A stretch of DNA of 64,000 bases from positions 1 to 64,000 of the forward strand of contig LVLI01000196.1 in the NCBI GenBank assembly GCA_001687465.1, written 5' to 3'. Within the stretch, counting starts at the first letter, position 1. The number at the start of each line of letters is the position of its first letter. Below, in pieces: positions 37,253-46,743 of this stretch. The translations under genes and the position numbers were made by a program. Origin of the DNA: Halocafeteria seosinensis. Lineage: Eukaryota. Below the pieces are notes generated by a model. It was not told where the DNA came from, did no database searches, and worked only from the letters and a program-made list of their open reading frames with translations.

Positions 37253-38538
37253 ATGAAGAGCTTTTTGACTTTTGCAGCCCTTGTAGCTGCCGCAGCTACT
37301 TGCGCCTCTGCCGGCAGCTTGCCAACTTTCCCCAAGGATTGGTCTGCCATCACCGTTTCTCATGTGGTGATCAACCAAGGCGGGGAGGAGCAGCAAGATG
37401 GTAGTACGTAGAGTATTGAGTACTCCATAAGAATTTGCGTCTTTTTCTATGTATGTTATCTTCTGAGTTCAGGTGTCTGCTGTCCACCCACCTCCCCTCA
37501 GTGTAAGATCCAGACGATCTACCAGGCCTCTAAAGAATATTTTGGTAAGGTGTCCTCGGCTATTTACTGAGAACTATGCGTTGGAACTATTTATTTCTGA
37601 TTACCTGCAGATTACACCCACAACCGTGTTGCAAACAAGAACCCTGATGGATCTGGTGTGGTATCCCTTATGGATGACTTGAAGGAATACGAGGTGAACT
37701 CCACCGGCTACTGCCAGAGTTACTGCCCAATCCCCAAGAATCAGGCTGGTCTGTATCCGTTCAGCCTGCCCAACGGTTCCGTTGACTTGGGACCCACTAA
37801 GGTAGGAACTTCGTTTATTTTCTGGGTGTATTTCTTCTTGGAGTGTCACCTGTTTTGGTGGATGCAGTACAACGGTCAAGTTGTTGAGCAATACGAATAC
37901 AAGGACCAGCCGTTCTTCAAGTACGTGTGAGAAATATCGACAGTGCTCCCAAACGATTGTTGTTGACAGCGAGCTTTTCTTTCCTTGCAGCATCACGTTC
38001 GAAGTCTTGGATTACTACATCAATCTGCAAAACGCTAGCAACCCGATCCCTGTTCACATGCATGAGTCCATGCAACCGTTTGGAATGCAAATTGGATACC
38101 AAACTCAGGTTCGTTAAATGTTCCTCTATATTTTATTTCTCTTTTTTTGTCGTCATTTGGGCTCGCTCAATTCAGGACTGGCATCAATTCCAACCCGGAA
38201 CTCCCGCCGCTTCGCACTTCACTGTCCTCGATAAGGACAACTGTCCAATTAACCCCAACTGCGAGCAATCAGATGATCGTGGAGATGATCCCTTCCCGCC
38301 AAGTGAGTTTGGTGGACGTCAAATGGAACATGTTGCTCGCGACTTGTTGAAGATCCCAGGCATGATTGATTCCACTTTTGCCAAGCAACACCTGAATGCT
38401 GCCAATCGTGTCGACCAGTTCAAAGAGGCCTCTTCCAAGGTCATCAACAGCAACAAGATTAACGACGTTTTGGAATACTACAACCAATTCCTGAGTGTGA
38501 ACCAGCGCCGCGCCCTGCAAGTAGCTATGGAACGATAA
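37253..38538 (+). CDS. Secreted cysteine-containing protein, possibly ependymin-related; about 5 introns
   Basis: Signal peptide MKSFLTFAALVAAAATCASA. Exons join by GT-AG introns into PTFPKDWSA...YFDYTHNR...CQSYCP...FQPGTPAASHFTVLDKDNC. The family call is by pattern only. Confidence 0.55.
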
Positions 38539-39036
38539 ATTCTTCCCTCGATGTGAAGTCCATTACATTTCTATTATCGTCGTGCGCTTTTTCCTTTTCG
38601 ACAAAGGGAGAAGAATGACTATGATATGAAAACATAAAATAATGGCACATGTCTGACTAGTAAAGTTTACGGGCTTTCCTCTTGATCTTGTATCCACCCC
38701 TTCTCGCTGGTCTATAAAACCTTCTACATAATTTGTAAAGCACTCTATTCCATCTATTGCACCCAAATTTGAGGCATGTGTCAATACCTGCGTTAAGCTT
38801 CTCTCTCCATCTTCCATGCTACTTCCTCCAATGAAGTGGTTCGTTTTAGCGAGACCGCCCAGAGAGTCTAGACGACACCTGTCGTGCGGAAAACACGGCC
38901 TGCGTGTGGAGCAGCAATAGAGATATTGGACTCGGGAGCATTGATAGCCTACGAGGAACGGTCGATAGAAAATAGAACGAAAACAGAATACTGTAGTTGC
39001 TCGTGTCCGGAACAAAGAACGAGTACAGTGACAGCA

Positions 39037-41603
39037 ATGCGCCTATTGAGTGCAACCATACTATTAGGTACGTCTCCCGGATTCTTCTTTTTTCCAGGGG
39101 CAACACGTGTTGCCAAGGGACATCGCCTGTAGGCCTCTGTATGAGGTCCTTTATTCACTGATTCATCACCAGCGGTACTTGAATGATGAAGCGAGAAAAT
39201 TCCATCATCGCTCTGTTGGAATGAGGTGTACGATGGTGCTTGACATCGTCCCGTATCCCTTTGGGAAATTCTCTTTTTGTTTTTCCTTTTCCCTTATCTA
39301 ACCTTGGATATGTCTCTGTTCCTATGCAGCTTTCGCGGCTTACTCCATAGGAGTTGCTAGCGCCGAAGAGGAAGAGGTACAAAGTAAGTCTACTTCCATG
39401 CATTTCCCTCTAAGAGGGTGAAAAGGAGGCTTTCGCTCACCCCCTCTGAGGGCGCGGTTTTTGTTCCATTTTTCGATTGTTCTGCGAAATACGGAGGGGA
39501 TTTCTCGTTTTCTATTCAATCTCACCATCATTTCCTCAATCATATATATGCACAGGTAACACTGTTATCGGAATCGACTTGGGTACTACATACTCATGCG
39601 TTGGTGTGTACAAGGATGGCCGGGTGGAAATCATACCTAACGACCAGGGGAACCGTATCACCCCGTCGTATGTAGCTTGGGAAAAGGGAGAAAGGCTCAT
39701 TGGTGATGCCGCAAAGAATCAGGCCACGGTTAATCCCAGAAATACTGTTTTTGATGTAAAGCGGATGATCGGAAGACAGTAAGTGGCAATTCTCCATCGT
39801 ATTGCCCCTCAGCCTGTGTGACACCCACTCGTCCTACCTCCAGATTCGACGACGATACAGTACAGAAGGACATGGAGTTGTGGCCCTATAAAGTTATTAA
39901 CAAGAGCGGCCGACCATACATTGAGGTAAGCTTACTGAACAGATCGTGCATTTCCTTCAAAGTCGCATCTGAGTTGATGTTTGCTGGTGATACAGGTTGA
40001 CCTGGGCAACGGCGAGACCAAGCAGTTTGCACCCGAAGAAATCTCTGCTATGGTCTTGAACAAAATGAAGGAAACAGCAGAAAACTACCTTGGAAAAGAT
40101 ATTCAGAAGGCTGTCGTCACTGTACCAGCCTACTTTAACGATGCCCAGAGACAGGCAACTAAGGATGCCGGTACCATCTCCGGGATGTCAGTTGAACGTA
40201 TCATCAACGAACCTACTGCTGCCGCAATTGCTTACGGTCTTGACAAGAAAGGACAGGAATCGAATATTCTGGTCTTTGACTTGGGAGGAGGAACTTTTGA
40301 TGTTACTGCTCTAACAATTGACAACGGTGTGTTCGAAGTGCTAGCTACCAATGGAGATACTCACCTTGGTGGAGAGGACTTCGATCAACGGGTGATGAAC
40401 TACTTCATGAAAGTGTTCAAACGTAAATACAAAAAAGACATGTCCCAGGACCGCAGATCTGTCCAGAAGCTTCGTCGTGAGTGCGAACGTGTGAAGCGTG
40501 TCCTGTCGACCCAACATGAAGCCCGTTTGGAAGTAGAATCCTTATATGATGGTGTTGATTTCTCGGAGACACTTACGCGCGCGCGCTTCGAAGAACTTAA
40601 CATGGACCTGTTCCGAAACACCCTGAAACCTGTAGGGAAGGTACTTAGCGACTCCGGTTTGAAGAAAGACGAAGTAGATGAGATTGTACTTGTCGGTGGC
40701 TCTACCAGGATTCCGAAAGTGCAACAGCTATTGAAGGACTACTTCAATGGCAAGGAGCCAAATCTCGGTATCAACCCAGATGAAGCCGTCGCTTACGGTG
40801 CCGCTGTGCAAGGAGGAATCCTCTCCGGTGAAGCGAAAGAAGAAACCAAAGACTTGTTGCTGCTCGATGTGACACCCCTTTCATTGGGTATTGAAACCGT
40901 CGGTGGTGTAATGACCAAGTTAATCAACCGTAACACTGTCATTCCAACCAAGAAGAGCCAGACTTTCAGCACTTATCAGGATAATCAGCCAGCCGTCATG
41001 ATCCAGGTTTTCCAGGGTGAAAGATCCATGACCAAGGACAACCAGCTTCTAGGAAAATTTGAACTCAGCGGTATTCCACCGGCTCCCAGAGGCACACCCC
41101 AGATCGAAGTCACATTTGAAATTGACGCTAACGGTATCTTACATGTTTCCGCCGAAGACAAGGGATCCGGTAAGAGCGAGAAGATCACAATCACGGCTGA
41201 TAAGGGCCGTCTTAGTGAAGAAGAAATCGAACGAATGGTCCGCGAAGCAGAGGAGAACGCCGAAGAAGATAAAAAACAGAAGGAAAAGATTGAATCTAGA
41301 AATGCCTTGGAGGGTTACTGCTATAGTTTGAAAAACCAGGTAGAGGATGACGATAAGTTAGGTAGCAAACTTGGCGAAGAAGATAAAGAAACCATCAAAA
41401 ACGCCGCTCAGAAGACTCTGGACTGGTTAGATGAAAACGAAGAAGCTGATAAAGATGAAATTGAAGAACAGAAGAAAGAACTAGAAAAGACTGTGCACCC
41501 AATCATTTCTAGCGTGTATGGCGCCGGTGGAGAAGGCGCCGGTGCCGATGCTGGAGCTGGTGGCGGAGAGGAAGAAGAGGATGACTTCCATGAGGAATTA
41601 TAA
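39037..41603 (+). CDS. BiP: ER-luminal Hsp70 (BiP/GRP78); 4 introns
   Basis: Spliced signal peptide [22 protein letters not shown], then [30 protein letters not shown], and C-terminal HEEL. Confidence 0.97.
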
Positions 41604-42096
41604 GCAATCTACTTCCTTGATTCTTTCCATAATAATACCTCCTGCTAGATGATACCAACACGTATATTCATATATCCTGAGAAATGAGGACTCCGTCGTC
41701 TTGCTAAGAAGGTACCACGCTGTATCCAAACCAACTTCCTGACTGTATGGTATTCAATAGTTGATGTTCTCTACTGGTACGATAGCACGATGTAGCATAC
41801 GGACAAAAATTAGTAATGATTGCAAGAGTCACAGCCTATCAATTTGTGTCAATCGCTACTCTATGGTTGTTATTAAGGGAAAAGAAGCTGCATCTTCATC
41901 TTGCACAGAGTACCGGAGTCCCTGGGTACGTGAAGGGTTGATGCTGAAGAAGATATTGGCACTCATCGATGCATACATAGATCCATAAGGGCTTTAATTT
42001 CCTATTGGCCCTCTTAGCCATGCTCAGAATGCTCTTCAGCTCTCGCATCAAAATACAGTCCGGCATTACCTGAATTACAACTCCTTTAACTGGTTC

Positions 42097-42303
42097 TACT
42101 CAGCCGGTAGTCCATAATGATATACACAACTACTACCACTACTCTTCAAGTAAACATCACATTCATCTTTCGCTCACTACCGCCTATCAACTGCGAGATT
42201 GACGGAGTCGTGTTTACTGTCAGAACAAACATGGATGCATGGATGTCGTGGTCCAGTTGATTACCCGTGCCGGGTACTCAGCCGGTAGGCCATAAACTAT
42301 ACA
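42097..42303. repeat. Dispersed direct repeat TACTCAGCCGGTAGxCCATAA...TATACA (copies at 42097 and 42275)
   Basis: 20 of 21 nt are identical between the two copies, which lie 178 bp apart. Confidence 0.85.
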
Positions 42304-42554
42304 TTCGTATGAATAAACTGTTTCAGCTATCTTAGGCTTGGGGTTTGCAAAGAAACTCTAACCCTTCCCTTAATCTTGAATGTCTGTTTCGGGAAGTCAG
42401 TTTAGGAACAAGTTCAACAAGAGCTCTCAACAGGGACGACAAACATTACGTCGACTTCACCCTCTTTAGGCTCGTCCCTTTAATGTGTCCAGTTAATGGT
42501 GTATCGTTAGTCTTTCTCTTCAACACTAGCCGCTAGAGATTCCAGGAAGAGAAA

Positions 42555-43928
42555 ATGTCTGCGTCTTCGTCTGCTGCGGCTGCTTCCCAGCAGCATCATA
42601 GTCACAACGGCGCTGGTAGCGATGGTGGGAATGATGCTACTTTGGGGGACTGTACCCAGTCTACGAGCGCTGAAATCGCTCAATTACTGAGCGGCACAGG
42701 TCCGTACCACAATACAAAGTACTCCATATCATCTGATACCATCAAGAAGCAGAAGGAAGGTGCCTCGGCCACAACCAATGCAATGGCGGGAGATCTAGAA
42801 GTAAGCTGCTTGTTTTTTGAATCACTGTGTATGCACATCATATATATGCGTCGTTTGATGCGTTGTACGCTTCAGTTCCTTGTTATAATGAACGATGGAC
42901 ATCCTCAACACATGATCTGGCTTGTGTCTGCTCGTAATATTTTCGCTCAACAGCTTCCGAAAATGCCCCGTGAATACATAACTCGACTGGTACTGGATCG
43001 AAGACACAGGACTCTGATTGCTCTCAAAGACAAGAAGGTGGTCGGAGGCATCTGCTATCGTCCGTACTTTAGACAGAAATTCGCCGAGATCGCCTTCTGT
43101 GCAGTCACGTCGAGCGAACAAGTAAGAGGATACGGGACCAGGCTTATGAATCACTTGAAACAAGCTGTGAAGACAGATGGAATCTTAAACTTTTTAACCT
43201 ATGCTGACAACTACGCTATCGGTTACTTCTCTAAACAAGGTTTTACCAAGGATGTAGCTATGTCCAGGAGACGATGGTATGGCTATATCAAAGATTACGA
43301 AGGGGGGACCTTGATGGAATGCACTATCCACCCACCTATAGACTATTTGAGGCAACAAGAGATATTCGAAAAGCAGAAACAGCAGCTGCTAGGATACATT
43401 GAGCAGGTAAAGCAAGGTCAAGTTTCCGTTCCATCTCTAAGAGTGCAGGAAAAAACAACAACTGCCTCTTCGGGAGAGTCAGGAAAACAAAAGCAGTCTG
43501 CAGCCAGCTCGTCGGCATCTACAGGTGCTTCGAAGAAGAACGCGGGTAAACGTGAGAGCAAATACGTAAATATTCTCCATAAATCTATAAGGGAATTTGT
43601 AGATGCTGTGAAAAACCTGCCTGAGTCATGGTGCTTCCTTGAGCCGGTCGACGTGCTCCAAGTTCCGGACTATTACGATGTCATCAAGAATCCCATAGAT
43701 CTCTCAAGCATCGAGAAGAAAGTAAAACGAAGTGGTTACTCTAGCATATCGGAACTCAAAGATGATTTGCGTCTGATGACCGACAATTGTAGAACATATA
43801 ACAAACCGGATACCGACTTCGTCACTTGCGCAAATGAAGTGGACGCATTCGTCGAAAAGCGATGCCGGAAATTGATTGAGAAACATGGGGAGTGGATCAT
43901 GCATGGGCAACCTCCTACAAAAGAGTAG
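42555..43928 (+). CDS. GCN5: Histone acetyltransferase GCN5 (GNAT + bromodomain); intron 42801-42875
   Basis: QLPKMPREYITRLV, FAEIAFCAV, QVRGYGTRLMNHLK, TYADNYAIGYFSKQGF, GYIKDYEGGTLM, and bromodomain VPDYYDVIKNPIDL. Confidence 0.96.
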   Translation: MSASSSAAAASQQHHSHNGAGSDGGNDATLGDCTQSTSAEIAQLLSGTGPYHNTKYSISSDTIKKQKEGASATTNAMAGDLEVSCLFFESLCMHIIYMRRLMRCTLQFLVIMNDGHPQHMIWLVSARNIFAQQLPKMPREYITRLVLDRRHRTLIALKDKKVVGGICYRPYFRQKFAEIAFCAVTSSEQVRGYGTRLMNHLKQAVKTDGILNFLTYADNYAIGYFSKQGFTKDVAMSRRRWYGYIKDYEGGTLMECTIHPPIDYLRQQEIFEKQKQQLLGYIEQVKQGQVSVPSLRVQEKTTTASSGESGKQKQSAASSSASTGASKKNAGKRESKYVNILHKSIREFVDAVKNLPESWCFLEPVDVLQVPDYYDVIKNPIDLSSIEKKVKRSGYSSISELKDDLRLMTDNCRTYNKPDTDFVTCANEVDAFVEKRCRKLIEKHGEWIMHGQPPTKE

Positions 43929-44687
43929 AAGCGTATTGTAACGCTCAGCATGCTTCAATATACAATTCGTCTAGTGGATCACAAGCCGACAACTTTTGTG
44001 TGACAAAACCGGTTTCGCTTGTGCAATTGTACTATACGCTGTGCATCCTTTTACAACTTCCTACACAAGTAACTTAGACCCAGTTGGGCCAACCCCATCG
44101 TTTGACGAATCGATCATGTACGAACGAGATAGGAATATGGCTCAAATGAGTCGCAAAACACAAAAGCGCCAAACCGTAAGACAAATAGGCTACACCCAAT
44201 GAGACCTGCGTCCAGTGCTGTGGAAGATCTCCCCAGAAGGACACAACACATGCTGTACACACGCACGCAGATATGAGAAACCCCGGAATACATGTACCGT
44301 AAACGTTGCATCGTTTCAGCGGGAGCTTCTGGCTCAAGAAAATGTACGCAATGTATCAATTATGACCGATGAATATCCATACCGTTTCGTCAAAGTGCAT
44401 TGTGACATAAATAGGCAGAATAGCTCACCGGTCGAACTTCAAAGCTTGCCGGCGCAATCATTGCGCCGCAATGCCGCCGCCTGCGACTCGGTGGCTGACG
44501 GTGGCACTTCCTCCGCGCGCGCGTTTTTCAGGTAAACGCCATCTTCCCTGACAGGGAACTATGCACTGCAGAGAGCATTTTCGAAAGCGTATTGATAACG
44601 AGCAAAGTGCGATTGTCGGACTAGGCATGGAGTACTGAGGGGTCTTGTGTAGCGAAACATACAGCACAAGTTGTAACAAGCGTCGCA

Positions 44688-46226
44688 ATGTCGCAACGAC
44701 GACAGCCACCCACAACCGGTAGCAGGAATACCTCCTCGTCTTCTGCGAGTGGTATCGAAGGCCAACAGGCTCCTAAACGTTCATATGGTCCGCCTAAACA
44801 GCAGTATCAACAAGTGTCGCCTTCGCGGTCGACGAAAATGGCGGGATCTGGAATGCATCAGGAAGCCGTCGACAACTACCTGCAATCGCTACGAGCCCAA
44901 TACCGAGACTTGGAGAATTCATTGCTTCAGGAGATTGAACAACTACAAAAGCGACTGGACGCGAAAAACCATGAGACCTCTGCTCAGTCGTGTTTGATTG
45001 GTCAGATAAAGAAAGAGCGGGACCTGAACCAGCAACTGGCTCAGAAGGAAGAGCGGTCGTGGAAGGAGCATTATTCGGTATGATTTCGGCAACCTATAGT
45101 AGTGACTTGATGTTGCAATGATACGAATTGAAACACAAACAATTTCCATTGTCTGTGTGGACTGCAGGCCCTAGCTTCGGAAAATGCATCTATTCGACAC
45201 CAACTCAAAGTACAAGAAAGAGAAAATGAACGCCTTCGCAAGAGAGTTGAACAGATGGCTGAACAACAGGAGCATTTTGAAGAGGAGCAAAGGAGTAATA
45301 TTGTTCGAGCCAATGACGGAAGATACAAGGCCGAAATGCAACTCTCCATAGTAGACCAGCAACTGGAGGAATCCAACGCGGCGTACGAAGAAATTAAGAG
45401 TCAACTTCGACAAAAGGAAAAAGAGCTCGCTGAATCGGAGAACAACCTTCAAAATGCGCGTTCCGAAAGAGATGAGCAAAAAAGCAGATGTAAGGAACTT
45501 AGTGATGAAACGTCGCGTCTTCAGACTCAGTTGGAATCGGAGCAGGCAGCAGCAGAAAAAGCTCGCGAGTCTCTTAACGACGAAAAGAGGAAAGTATCTG
45601 AGCTGGAAAATGAAAACAACGAAGTGAAAATGCAGGTAGATGATCTACAACAGCAATGCGAAGATGCCGAAGCGGAAAGTAAAGAGTTCCAGAAATCAGC
45701 GGAAAATGCTCGAGTGGATGAGCATAGAATTAATCAGCAGTGTGAACAGCTTAAGAAAGAACTGGAATCCTCTGAAGAAAAATATCGTCAGTTGCAGCAT
45801 CAATACGATGAACTGGAGAGTCGGTACCACTCTGTTACGTCGCAAAATCAGTACTTAGAGGAGCAAAACTCTCAGTTGCAAAGGAAAGCCGATGAACTTG
45901 ATTCGGAGTTGGAGGCGTATGAAGCCGAGATAAGTACTCTAAATGAGAATTTGGAATATGTCTCCGAAAGAGAAAAAGCCTATGGCGAGCAGTTGCATGA
46001 TACACAAGAGTCTTATTCTCGCGCTACTGCGGATAAAGAATCACTCGAGAAGGAACTAGGCGAACTGCGTGAAAAATACAATTCCTGTGTGAGCGTTTTG
46101 CAGTCAATAAATACGAGTCAGGTAATGCAGCAGAATTATGCCATAGGTGAGGCCGTTCAGAATGCCCTCGAGAGAGGTTACGCACCTCGTGGCAGCGCCG
46201 AGGAAAGTAAGCTTGCAGGCTACTAG
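44688..46226 (+). CDS. Long coiled-coil protein of unknown function; one intron (~45078-45167)
   Basis: Two E/Q/K-rich heptad ORFs joined by a GT-AG intron. Confidence 0.75.
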
Positions 46227-46743
46227 TCAGGGTGCGATGTTGCCTCCACGGGTTTGACCACTAGTTATCATTTTTGGTTCTGTCGTAAGGATTTCAAGGC
46301 ATATATGCGAATTCTGGAAGGATTTTGGATGATCGTAGCGGGCGCAACTTTGCTTTCGGTGGTGTTGACATGCCCATGGAATCTTGTTTATGTCGGCTTT
46401 TCAGGGATTGTTAACTTTCCCTGACAACTACAACTTGTACTGGGCTATTTGTCACATATGTGTGTGTGTACTTGTACTGTACTATCATTAGTTGGCAAGG
46501 TAGCCACTGAAGCACAAATAATTTAATCCACAAAATGTGTGTCTCATCACTAGCTGCTGTCAAACCTTGATAATTACACTCCGTCTTGCTTGTAGTGTAA
46601 CCCTGCTGACTCAGCACTTCTGAGTCACGGAATGTGGTGGAAGTGCGGGCCGAAAGGGGGTTGTAAAAGGAATTGTAAGGCAGGTACATGCACACATTAG
46701 GTAAAAAGTATGTTTGTGTGCGTTTGAGTTTAAGATAACCCAA

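Noticed and set aside
39290..39325. U14 snoRNA in the BiP intron
   Set aside because: The resemblance is only loose (AACCTTGGATATGTC). The U14 domain A sequence and a terminal box D are missing.
42005..42030. Short U2/U6 snRNA-like words on the minus strand (AGCATGGC, TGGCTAAGA)
   Set aside because: Matches are only 8-9 nt. The branch-pairing GTAGTA and the ACAGAGA box are absent.
42801..42875. Apparent peptide insertions in GCN5 (and in bL20 at 53156-53221)
   Set aside because: These are stop-free, 3n-length GT-AG introns of typical size that the ORF finder read through.
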